A DNA stretch of 64,000 bases from assembly GCA_045645305.1 (NCBI GenBank), contig JAZRIO010000017.1, positions 10,396-74,395 on the forward strand. Reading direction: 5' to 3'. Position 1 is the stretch's first letter. Each line of letters starts with the position of its first letter. Under the pieces are notes generated by a model. The model was not told the DNA's origin. It did no database searches and worked only from the letters and a program-made list of their open reading frames with translations. The position numbers were made by a program, and so were the translations under genes. This DNA comes from Christensenellaceae bacterium (GTDB taxonomy: Bacteria > Bacillota > Clostridia > Christensenellales > Borkfalkiaceae). Shown here one piece after another: positions 54,828 through 64,000 of this stretch.

Positions 54828-56138
54828 ATGGCAAACAAGAAAATTAGAATTGGTGTTATGGGTGCATATCGCGGAACGAGTATGATAAGTTATTGCGACA
54901 TTGCTGACAATGCGGAAATCGTTGCAATTTGCGACAAGTGGCCGGAAGCATTACAACGCCAAAAAGATAACTATGGCGATAGAAACATTGCTTTCTACGA
55001 CAACTTTGATGATTTTATTAAACACGATATGGATGCTGTGTGGCTTGCAAACTATGCGCACGAACACGCACCCTTTGCAATCAAAGCATTAAAGGCAGGC
55101 AAGCACGTTGCAAGTGAAGTGTTGCCCGTTCAAACTATGGCAGAGGCAGTTGAACTTGTTGAAACTATTGAAGAGACAGGTTTAACCTATGTTTACGCGG
55201 AAAACTATGTATATATGCCCGGCCCTAACGAGATGAGAAAACTCTATAAGGAAGGCGCAATCGGTGAACTTGAATATGCTGAGTGCGAATATATCCACAA
55301 CTGCGAAAGCATTTGGCCAAGCATTGCTTATGGCGATAAAAACCACTGGCGTAACAGAATGTATGGCAACTTCTATTGCACACACTCTTTGGGCCCAATT
55401 CTTCACGGCACAAAACTCCGCCCCGTAAAAGTAAACGGCTTCAACGGTAGACTTAACGAAAGAAACTTCCGTATGGGTAAACTTGGTGCATCATTTGCGC
55501 TTGAAATGGTAGAACTTGAAAACGGCGCAATCGTTAAGAGTTTGCACGGCGGACTTTATAAAGGCTCTTGCTGGTTCAATATGTATGGAAGCAAGGGTAG
55601 AATGGAAACGGCAAGAACGGATGCAAGTTCTGATACTTACCGCAGAATTTATGTTTATAACGACCCGTTCTCAGGCGATTATAAGAATGAAAAGAGAGTT
55701 TCATACCTTCCCGAAGTAAACGATAAGAGCAACGCGTTTGGTCACGGCGGATCTGACTTCTATTCGGCATATAACTTTGTAGAAGCAATTAAAGGCAACC
55801 CCGAAGCCGATTATATCGACATCTATTCGGCGCTTGATATGTGCTTCTGCGGAATCTTTGGTTATCGTTCAGTTCTCGCTGGCGGTGCAACTATGGATAT
55901 TCCTAACTTTAGAAATAAAGAAGAAAGAGAAGCATTTAGAAACGACCATTTGAGTGTGTTTGCAGAAGACGGCAGTCCCGATAAGATTCCTTGCAATAAA
56001 GAAGGAATTGAATCAATGCCTGATGAAGTTTATGCTCGCCAAAAAGAACTTTTTGAGCAAGACTTAAAGAGTTCTACTGGGTACTCTAATATGGCGTTTA
56101 ATCAGTCACGCGCAAAATCTAAAAAGATAGAGGTATAA
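54828..56138 (+). CDS. Gfo/Idh/MocA family oxidoreductase
   Basis: Rossmann IGVMGAYRG and ALKAGKHVASEVLP. 436 aa. Confidence 0.8.
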   Translation: MANKKIRIGVMGAYRGTSMISYCDIADNAEIVAICDKWPEALQRQKDNYGDRNIAFYDNFDDFIKHDMDAVWLANYAHEHAPFAIKALKAGKHVASEVLPVQTMAEAVELVETIEETGLTYVYAENYVYMPGPNEMRKLYKEGAIGELEYAECEYIHNCESIWPSIAYGDKNHWRNRMYGNFYCTHSLGPILHGTKLRPVKVNGFNGRLNERNFRMGKLGASFALEMVELENGAIVKSLHGGLYKGSCWFNMYGSKGRMETARTDASSDTYRRIYVYNDPFSGDYKNEKRVSYLPEVNDKSNAFGHGGSDFYSAYNFVEAIKGNPEADYIDIYSALDMCFCGIFGYRSVLAGGATMDIPNFRNKEEREAFRNDHLSVFAEDGSPDKIPCNKEGIESMPDEVYARQKELFEQDLKSSTGYSNMAFNQSRAKSKKIEV

Positions 56139-56271
56139 AGGCTTATTTGCTACGCATCTCTGTGTTGCGTTCCGCGTTGCTTGTGTTACATACAAAAAGT
56201 ATGCGCCACTTCGCAATGCTCACGCGCCTTGACCTGCTTGCAACTAATCCTTTAACAAGATATGTGAAAAT

Positions 56272-56303
56272 AAAAGCCACCGAATTTTCGGTGGCTTTAA
56301 TTT
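56272..56303 (+). terminator. intrinsic terminator
   Basis: Stem agccaccg / cggtggct followed by a T-rich tract, 135 nt after the stop codon. Confidence 0.65.
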
Positions 56304-56424
56304 ATAAGCCGTGCTTTTTTATTGTATAATAAAAAATTTTGCATAATTGCTTTTAAGTAATTGCCAATGTTTAAGGAATTTGTTATAATATATAAGTAAA
56401 TTCATTTATATAAGGAGTTTTTTT

Positions 56425-57123
56425 ATGAAAAAACTTTATCAAGGAAAAACCAAAGATGTATATCAACTTGAAAACGGAAATGTTTTGCTTAAGTTCAAAG
56501 ATGACTGCACCGGAAAAGACGGTGTGTTTGACCCAGGTGAAAACACCGTAGGTCTTACCATTGACGGTATCGGTAAAGCAAACCTCCAAACTTCAGTTTA
56601 CTATTTTGAAATGCTTAAAGAAGCAGGCATCAAAACTCACTATGTTTCAGCAGATATTGAAAACGCTACTATGGAAGTTCTCCCTGCAGAATGCTTCGGT
56701 AAAGCGCAAGGCGGTTTAGGATTGGAAGTTATTTGCCGTCTCGTTGCAACCGGTAGTTTTATTCGTAGATATGGCGAATATATCAAAAACGGTACCCGTT
56801 TAGAAGGTGGCTATGTTGAATGCACTTTCAAAAACGATGAAAAGGGTGACCCCCTTGTTACTGGTGAAGGTCTTGCAGCATTAAAGGTTATGACTCCCGA
56901 AATGTTCGAAAGTATGAAGGCTCAAACCTTAAAAATCACCAAAATCATCGCTGATGACCTTGCAAAAATCGGTCTTGACCTTTGGGATATCAAGTTCGAA
57001 TTCGGTTACAACAACGGCGAAGTTATCCTTATCGACGAAATTGCTTCTGGCAACATGCGTGTTTACAAGGGCAATGAAATCGTTGAACCTGTTGAACTTA
57101 CCAAGTTAATTAACAATAGATAA
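56425..57123 (+). CDS. purC: phosphoribosylaminoimidazole-succinocarboxamide (SAICAR) synthase
   Basis: N-terminus [10 protein letters not shown], plus IDEI.....R. 232 aa. Confidence 0.9.
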   Translation: MKKLYQGKTKDVYQLENGNVLLKFKDDCTGKDGVFDPGENTVGLTIDGIGKANLQTSVYYFEMLKEAGIKTHYVSADIENATMEVLPAECFGKAQGGLGLEVICRLVATGSFIRRYGEYIKNGTRLEGGYVECTFKNDEKGDPLVTGEGLAALKVMTPEMFESMKAQTLKITKIIADDLAKIGLDLWDIKFEFGYNNGEVILIDEIASGNMRVYKGNEIVEPVELTKLINNR

Positions 57124-57139
57124 AAAAATCAAAAAAATT

Positions 57140-57173
57140 AAAAGCAATCTATTTTTTAGATTGCTTTTTTTGT
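57140..57173. terminator. bidirectional intrinsic terminator
   Basis: Stem aagcaatct / agattgctt flanked by A/T runs. Confidence 0.7.
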
Positions 57174-57449
57174 TTATTTATTGATAAGTATGCGCATTAT
57201 TTCCTTAATTTCATTAAGTGCTTTGTTCGTTCGCTCTAAAAGACCTTGCGTAGAATAGCGGTCCATATCAAAACGAAAGCCGTTATAATCGGGGTATGGG
57301 GCTCTACCTAGTTCCCTACGGCAAATGCCATCTATAAGTTCATCTTTATTTAACTCTTGCGGGTTTTCTACACCCATATATTTTGCTATTACCAATAATT
57401 CTTCAATAGGTTGCTCTTTAAGTTGATTTTCCAATTCGCCCATTAGCAT
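57174..57449 (-). CDS. hypothetical 91-aa protein with a Rho_N/SAP-like N-terminal helix pair
   Basis: IEELLVIAKYMGVENPQELNKDELIDGI resembles the Rho N-terminal motif. AGGAGA SD. Confidence 0.5.
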   Translation of the reverse strand: MLMGELENQLKEQPIEELLVIAKYMGVENPQELNKDELIDGICRRELGRAPYPDYNGFRFDMDRYSTQGLLERTNKALNEIKEIMRILINK

Positions 57450-57465
57450 AAATATCTCCTAAAAA

Positions 57466-57648
57466 TAAAAAAATGCGCCAACCGAGGTCAGCGCATACAA
57501 AAACGCAAATCCCGATTGTCGCCAAACAATTTGATTACTAGCATAAAATACCAATAACACGGTGGAATTGCGTAATTGCAATTATTATCCGTGCGATATA
57601 ATATTTTATGCGCTTATATTAAATTCAAATTGTTTGGCATAGGTAGTA
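57466..57648 (-). ncRNA. candidate structured leader/sRNA: 118-nt rod-like hairpin + intrinsic terminator
   Basis: Extended -10 (TGaTATACT) at about 57650-57660. There is a perfect 14-bp closing stem (57626-57639 with 57522-57535) and a 10-bp inner stem gcataaaata/tattttatgc. The atgcgc/gcgcat + U7 terminator at about 57466-57500 ends 15 nt before the SD of the 57449 ORF. Confidence 0.3.
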
Positions 57649-57699
57649 TATCACAATATATAAATTTTATCAACCCATTTAAAAATAAAAAAAACCGAT

Positions 57700-58269
57700 T
57701 TAATCATCGGTTTTTAATATTTTATCTAAAATCGGGGCAATTTCTTCTATCGGCAAGCCGACAACATTATTCAAACTTCCCGAAAAACTTTTAACCAAGC
57801 CATATCCGTCTTGAATACCATACGCGCCCGCCTTGTCAAGCGGTTTTTTGCTATCTACATACTTTTTTACTTGTTCGTTTGTTAGGTTGTTAAAGGTAAC
57901 CTTGCTTTCGCTAAAGCCTGTTATGGTTTGTTTTTCAGTAACGATTGCAAATCCCGTAACAACAGTGTGGGTGTTATTCGATAAAAGGCTTAAAATTCGG
58001 GTTGCGTCATCGCTATCTTTGGGTTTACCGAGCAAAGCGTTGTTAAAAAACACAACCGTATCCGCACCTAAAACGGCAACGCCGTTCTTGTTTTCAAGGT
58101 TGTTAAAAGTTGCCGTTGCCTTGCCTACTGCGTTGTAAATGGCAGTTTGGGTGGGGGAAAGGGCAATATCTTTTTCATCAAAATCGGCTACGACAACATT
58201 AAAATCGTATCCAAAATCTTTCAATATTTCTCTCCGCCTTGGAGAGTTGCTTGCCAAAATTAGTTCCAT
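57700..58269 (-). CDS. maf: Maf-like nucleoside triphosphate pyrophosphatase
   Basis: ILASNSPRRREIL N-terminus and GAYGIQ motif. 189 aa. Confidence 0.9.
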   Translation of the reverse strand: MELILASNSPRRREILKDFGYDFNVVVADFDEKDIALSPTQTAIYNAVGKATATFNNLENKNGVAVLGADTVVFFNNALLGKPKDSDDATRILSLLSNNTHTVVTGFAIVTEKQTITGFSESKVTFNNLTNEQVKKYVDSKKPLDKAGAYGIQDGYGLVKSFSGSLNNVVGLPIEEIAPILDKILKTDD

Positions 58270-58339
58270 AGTTTTTTGCTTCCGCTTTTTCTAAAAACAA
58301 GCACACAACAAAGAATTTTGTTATGTGCCGATTTATTCT

Positions 58340-58416
58340 TGGTGCACTCGGCGGGAGTCGAACCCACAACCTTCGCCGTCGGAGGGCGATGCTCTATCCA
58401 GTTGGGCTACGAGTGC
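58340..58416 (-). tRNA. tRNA-Arg (anticodon CCG), encoded CCA
   Basis: Manual cloverleaf. Acceptor GCACTCG/CGAGTGC, anticodon arm TCGCC-CTCCGAC-GGCGA, T-arm GTGGG-TTCGACT-CCCGC. One C-A mismatch in the D stem. Confidence 0.85.
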
Positions 58417-58458
58417 ATAACTGCCACTAATCAAGGGTGAAAAGTGGCAGTAAAATCA

Positions 58459-59790
58459 TTATTCATCTTCTTCGTTTTCAGTAATTTCGTTTTTAACGAT
58501 TTTTACTTGTATAATCTTCTTAACGGTAGACTTAAGAACTTCGATATCCAAATTCTTGTGTGAAACGGTTGCGCCAGCGCGCGGGATTTCGCCCATCATT
58601 TCGATAACCCAGCCACTAACCGTGCTTGCTTCAAACTCTTCACACTCATCTTTATCGAGTCCAAGATATTCAAAGGTGTCGGTAACAGGCGCGTTGCCGT
58701 CCACAAGGAAAGTGTCGCTTGATAGGTCCTTAAAATAATGCACTTCTTCATCGTGCTCATCGTAAATTTCGCCAACAAGTTCTTCTAAAATATCTTCAAG
58801 GGTAACAAGGCCAAGCGTTCCGCCATATTCGTCTAAAACGACTGCGATATGCACCTTTTTCTTTTGGAGTTGGCGCAAAAGGTCGGATATCTTTGCGTGT
58901 TCGGTGGTATAAAAAGCATTTTGCATAATGCCGTCAATACCTTTTTTGCCACGGAGATAAGCAGTGTAAAAATCCTTTTGGTGAATTGTGCCGATAACCG
59001 TGTCGATTGAATCTTTGTATACGGGAATTCTCGAATACCCTTCTCTATCAAACACCGCCCTAATTTCTTCCATAGAAGAAGCAATGTCGATAGCAACGAT
59101 GTTTACTCTAGGAACTAAAATATCGCCAACTTCTAAATCATCAAACTCGATAACCGAACGGATAAGTTTGGTTTCTTCGGTGTTGAGTGTGCCGTCTTCT
59201 TCGGCTTCTTCAACGATTGTCATAATTTCTTCTTCGGTAACAACTTCGGCGTTCTTCAAGCGGAAAACCTTGCTAAGTATCCATTTCCAACCGCCAAAGA
59301 TAAGGTTTAGCGGATAGAAGATATAGTAGAAAAGTTTAATGATTGGGAAAAAAGCCATAGAAAACTTTTCAGGGAAGGTTTTTGCAAGGAATTTTGGTGT
59401 GATTTCACCAAAAATCAAAACTGCAACCGTCATAACCGCGGTAGAAACCAAAGCGGAAGTGTTGCCGTCAGCGATTAAGTTTGCAAAGAATATTGTTGCA
59501 AGCGTGGTAGCCGAAAGGTTAACTATATTATTGCCAATAAGCACAGTGCTTATAAACTTATCATAATTTTCTTCGGCAAGGTCAAGCACCTTTTTGGCGC
59601 GCTTGTTGTTGTTTGATGCGAGTGCGCGCAACTTGATTTTGTTTGCGCAAGAAAAAGCCGTTTCCGTTGATGAAAAGAAAGCAGACATTATTATTAGCCC
59701 AAGTATAGCCAAGAATAGGCCAAGACTAAAGGTAGGGGTGAACCCCGAAAGTAATAAGGTTTGCAACGGAACGGTACCGTCGGTACTCAT
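58459..59790 (-). CDS. CNNM/HlyC/CorC family transporter (DUF21 + CBS pair + CorC_HlyC)
   Basis: 4-TM DUF21 N-terminus (SSTETAF), CBS pair and a C-terminal transporter-associated domain. 443 aa. Confidence 0.85.
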   Translation of the reverse strand: MSTDGTVPLQTLLLSGFTPTFSLGLFLAILGLIIMSAFFSSTETAFSCANKIKLRALASNNNKRAKKVLDLAEENYDKFISTVLIGNNIVNLSATTLATIFFANLIADGNTSALVSTAVMTVAVLIFGEITPKFLAKTFPEKFSMAFFPIIKLFYYIFYPLNLIFGGWKWILSKVFRLKNAEVVTEEEIMTIVEEAEEDGTLNTEETKLIRSVIEFDDLEVGDILVPRVNIVAIDIASSMEEIRAVFDREGYSRIPVYKDSIDTVIGTIHQKDFYTAYLRGKKGIDGIMQNAFYTTEHAKISDLLRQLQKKKVHIAVVLDEYGGTLGLVTLEDILEELVGEIYDEHDEEVHYFKDLSSDTFLVDGNAPVTDTFEYLGLDKDECEEFEASTVSGWVIEMMGEIPRAGATVSHKNLDIEVLKSTVKKIIQVKIVKNEITENEEDE

Positions 59791-59902
59791 AAATTCCTCC
59801 TAAAACAAAAATTTATACAAATATTATATCATAAAACGCAAAAAATGCAAGCGGAATACTATGTCGCAAGCAAGATTTTAGTGTGTGCGTTAAAATAATT
59901 GA

Positions 59903-61033
<1,131 letters not shown>

Positions 61034-61203
61034 GCATCGTTGCAGGTCGTTTACTGATTCGCCAAAACAATCTCGATGAACAGGCGTTCTATCTTGTCTG
61101 TTTTGGCTCGCGAGCCTACTGCGACTTGTTTCTGCTTCTTGTAGCAACATAGTGGACTGTTCTTACAAATTTTGCCACAAAAAATAAAAAGAAAAATTTT
61201 ACC

Positions 61204-61233
61204 AAAACGCGCTAATTTTCAGCGCGTTTTTTG
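61204..61233 (+). terminator. intrinsic terminator, 170 nt after the mnmA stop
   Basis: Stem aacgcgct / agcgcgtt followed by T6. Confidence 0.7.
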
Positions 61234-61350
61234 TATTTTTTGCGTTCAATTGCGCTATTTTTTGCGCATAATTTATTTTAAGGGCAAAAAACTGTAAAAA
61301 AATATGTAAAATACAAATGTTTCTTGCCGAAAAATATCTTGTTTTATTGC

Positions 61351-61379
61351 TTGACAACGCGCGCGCGTTGTAATATAAT
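61351..61379 (+). promoter_or_regulatory. consensus sigma-70 promoter for the LRR protein gene, with a (CG)-palindromic spacer
   Basis: TTGACA - 17 bp - TATAAT. The spacer contains the 16-bp palindrome caacgcgcgcgcgttg. Confidence 0.6.
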
Positions 61380-61419
61380 TATAAAGCATATATAGAATAT
61401 ACTGAAAGGAGATTCGGAA

Positions 61420-63600
61420 ATGAAAAAACTAATCGCTGGCGCTGTCTTAGTTCTTCTTCTTATCGGTCTTATCATTTACTACTTCGCAACTTGCGTTGGT
61501 GTAAAGAGTACGGCTGGTTGGGAAGTTACCGACGGCGTAGACTACATGAACATATCTCACAAATATGCTTATGTATATCGTTATAATGGCACCGATAAAG
61601 ACGTTGTTCTTGGTGACATTTATTACAACCAATCAGTTATCTCGATTGATGAAAGTGCTTTCGCAAGCACTGAAGCGGGATTGGCTATTGAAAGCATCAA
61701 AATCCCTGCAAGTGTTGAAGAAATCGAAGATAGCGCGTTTGAAAACTGCACCAAATTGAAAAGGGTTGAATTCGAAGAAGGAAGCAATCTTAAAATCATT
61801 GGTAGAAACGTATTTAAGAACTGTACTTCATTAGAAGAAATCGTTATTCCTAAAAACTTGGAAAAGATTGGTGCATCAACCTTCCTTAACTGTTCATCAC
61901 TTAAGAAAATTGCTTTGCCCGATACTGTAACCGAACTTAAAGAAGAGCTTTTCTCTGGTTGTACAAAACTTGCAGAAATTGACTTGCCGAAGAATCTTAC
62001 CAGCATCGGCGCATCTTTGCTCACAGGTTCTGCTTATTACGAAAAGGCTGCTAACTGGTCAAACGATGTTCTCTATCTTGACAATTATTTGATTGAAGCA
62101 AGACCAAGTGTTGCAGATACTTATCAAGTAAAAGCAAACACCAAGGCGATTGCAAGCAAGGCTTTCAACGGCAATGCTACCTTGGTTAAGGTTGAACTTC
62201 CCGCATCCCTCGTAGCAATCAGTGCAAATGCGTTTGTTGATTGCTTTAGATTGGTTGAAGTTTACAACAAGTCTAACATCGTTATCCAACCGGGTGCTAC
62301 TGATAAAGAAAACGCAACCAATTCAGGCAACCTTTGTTTGTATGCATTGAACGTTTATGATGATGCTAACGAAACCAAACTTTCAACCGATGCACAAGGC
62401 TTCTTGGTGTATACTGACGGCGCAGAAAAAACTGTAATTGATTACTATGGTTCTGCAATTGTTGTTGCGTTACCCGCAGGCACTACTGCAGTAAATAGAT
62501 CTGCATTTAGGGATTCAGCAATCACAGAAATTGAAATCCCTGCGACTGTAAAATCATTTGGCGAAGGCGCATTTGAAGGATGTGCTGTAAAGGTTGTTAA
62601 TTACCTTGGTAGCGAAAGTGATTGGGCAAGCATCAATTTCGCAAATGAAAAAGCAAACCCCATTTACTATGCAAAAGGCTTGAAAGTAAATGGTGCCGAT
62701 CTTATCGATGCGGTAATCTCTGCGGAAAAAGTTTCGGCATCTGCTTTCTACAATTGTGAAACCTTAAAGAAAGTAACCTTTACTGCAGATGTTAAGAATG
62801 TAGATAAAAATGCATTTAAGAACTGTAAAAACATTGGATACGCAAACTACACTGGCACTATTGACCAATGGGCAAGCATTATTTTTGGTAACAGTGATGC
62901 TAACCCCGTTGCCAATGCTCACAACTTGTATATCAATGATGTGCTTCAAACTGAAATCACCTTGAGTGTTGAGCAAGTTGCCAGATGTGCTTTCTATGCT
63001 TGCTATTCACTCAACAAAGTAACTTTCGAAAGCACCGTTAAAGAAATTAACGCGTTCGCATTTACCGATTGTTATAAACTCGTTGAAGTTTGCGATAAGT
63101 CTAACATGGGTATCAACCTTAAATCAGAAGAAGGCGACATCGCTGAACACCTTATTGGCGTATGTAAGACCGATGCTGCAAGCAAACTTTCAACCGATGC
63201 AAACGGTTACGTAATTTATACTGATGGCGATCAAAAGATTTTGGTTGCTTACAACGGAAGCGAAACCGCATTAACTTTGCCTGAAGTTACTAAGATTAAC
63301 GCTTATGCTTTCAAGGGCAACACTAACATTGTAAGCATTGTTCTTCCTGAAACATTAGAAGAAATCGGTGCAGAAGCATTTGCGGAATGTGAATTGTTAA
63401 CAAGTATTGTTATTCCCGAAAGCGTAACCACTATCGCGACAGGCGCATTCACTTATACCGAAACTCTTTATATCTACTGTGAAGCAGAATCAAAGCCCTC
63501 TAAATGGAACAGAAAATGGATCGACGATGATGCTAATGTTCTTTGGGCAGAAGATTGGGAAATGGTTGGTGACGTTCCCACTGCAAAAGATGCCGAATAA
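61420..63600 (+). CDS. BspA-type leucine-rich-repeat (LRR_5) surface protein with N-terminal membrane anchor
   Basis: N-terminal TM/signal-anchor. Many F.NC..L..I.IP..V..IG..AF..C repeats. Internal duplication of about 250 aa. Confidence 0.8.
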   Translation: MKKLIAGAVLVLLLIGLIIYYFATCVGVKSTAGWEVTDGVDYMNISHKYAYVYRYNGTDKDVVLGDIYYNQSVISIDESAFASTEAGLAIESIKIPASVEEIEDSAFENCTKLKRVEFEEGSNLKIIGRNVFKNCTSLEEIVIPKNLEKIGASTFLNCSSLKKIALPDTVTELKEELFSGCTKLAEIDLPKNLTSIGASLLTGSAYYEKAANWSNDVLYLDNYLIEARPSVADTYQVKANTKAIASKAFNGNATLVKVELPASLVAISANAFVDCFRLVEVYNKSNIVIQPGATDKENATNSGNLCLYALNVYDDANETKLSTDAQGFLVYTDGAEKTVIDYYGSAIVVALPAGTTAVNRSAFRDSAITEIEIPATVKSFGEGAFEGCAVKVVNYLGSESDWASINFANEKANPIYYAKGLKVNGADLIDAVISAEKVSASAFYNCETLKKVTFTADVKNVDKNAFKNCKNIGYANYTGTIDQWASIIFGNSDANPVANAHNLYINDVLQTEITLSVEQVARCAFYACYSLNKVTFESTVKEINAFAFTDCYKLVEVCDKSNMGINLKSEEGDIAEHLIGVCKTDAASKLSTDANGYVIYTDGDQKILVAYNGSETALTLPEVTKINAYAFKGNTNIVSIVLPETLEEIGAEAFAECELLTSIVIPESVTTIATGAFTYTETLYIYCEAESKPSKWNRKWIDDDANVLWAEDWEMVGDVPTAKDAE

Positions 63601-63616
63601 TCCTAAAAAATAAATT

Positions 63617-63649
63617 AAAAGCAGATTCCATAACGGAGTCTGCTTTTTT
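63617..63649 (+). terminator. intrinsic terminator after the LRR gene
   Basis: Stem gcagattcc / ggagtctgc followed by T6. Confidence 0.7.
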
Positions 63650-63811
63650 GTTTGTTCCTATATATATTATATAATATTGTAACGCGTACGCACGCGCGTG
63701 CGCATAGGCGCTTCATATTGAATATATTTAAGAAAAAAAGCAGAGGTTTTGTAGCGCTAAAAAGAATTTTAAAGATTTTTAAAAAAGTTTTAAAAAGTGT
63801 GAAAAAATGGT

Positions 63812-63840
63812 TGACAAATGATTTCATTTACTATATAATC
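63812..63840 (+). promoter_or_regulatory. consensus sigma-70 promoter with an A/T-rich UP-like region (possibly the first of tandem stable-RNA promoters)
   Basis: TTGACA - 17 bp - TATAAT, preceded by aaaaaagttttaaaaagtg. A similar aaaaaagtttttgaaaaaaagttaaaaaa block recurs at the window end. Confidence 0.45.
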
Positions 63841-64000
63841 GGTAATGCTCTCTAGTTGAGGGCGATAATTACATAGCCAAAATCGTTAGATTTTATTTAA
63901 TGATTTGCGGTCAAGCCGAATTCAAAATATAGTGGCTCAAACGAGCGAAAACACAATATTTTGTGTCCAAAAAAGTTTTTGAAAAAAAGTTAAAAAATCT

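Noticed and set aside
56330-56424. Purine riboswitch upstream of purC
   Set aside because: The leader after the TTGCCA-17-TATAAT promoter is only about 35 nt and lacks the conserved purine-aptamer loops.

Overview
AT-rich, densely coding chromosomal segment that looks like a spore-forming Clostridia-type Firmicute. The support is a type-A RNase P RNA, yyaC, CotF-like genes, and strong GGAGG Shine-Dalgarno sites. I call about 55 CDS, 2 tRNAs (Leu-CAA, Arg-CCG), rnpB, a preQ1-I riboswitch in front of queT, two perfect parS sites and many intrinsic terminators. The left part (1-21 kb) is origin-proximal-style housekeeping: rnpB, gltX, yyaC, cvpA, parS x2, ftsH, parA/parB, polA, coaE. The right part mixes housekeeping (GTP-PEPCK, purC, maf, mnmA, glf) with accessory loci of unknown substrate. 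These carry four AraC regulators, two Gfo/Idh/MocA oxidoreductases, two DMT permeases, glycosidase-like orphans, a PTE-family hydrolase and an M24 peptidase. I found no CRISPR array, transposase, integrase, prophage or recognisable defence system, and I cannot point to a clear-cut novel multi-gene system. The observations most worth follow-up are listed below. (1) A 90-bp direct repeat of the tRNA-Leu 3' end plus terminator brackets a 180-bp hairpin-rich insert. (2) A collinear motif series is shared between that insert and the mnmA 3' region, suggesting a possible dispersed structured element. (3) A NahK-like kinase gene is interrupted by a single in-frame TAG. (4) A four-gene operon holds two tandem uncharacterised paralogs, preceded by AraC-style 17-bp direct repeats. 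(5) A 118-nt rod-like hairpin plus terminator forms a leader in front of a small Rho_N-like ORF. (6) There are several apparently leaderless or SD-sequestered genes. All functional calls rest on motif recognition by eye; no database search was run.
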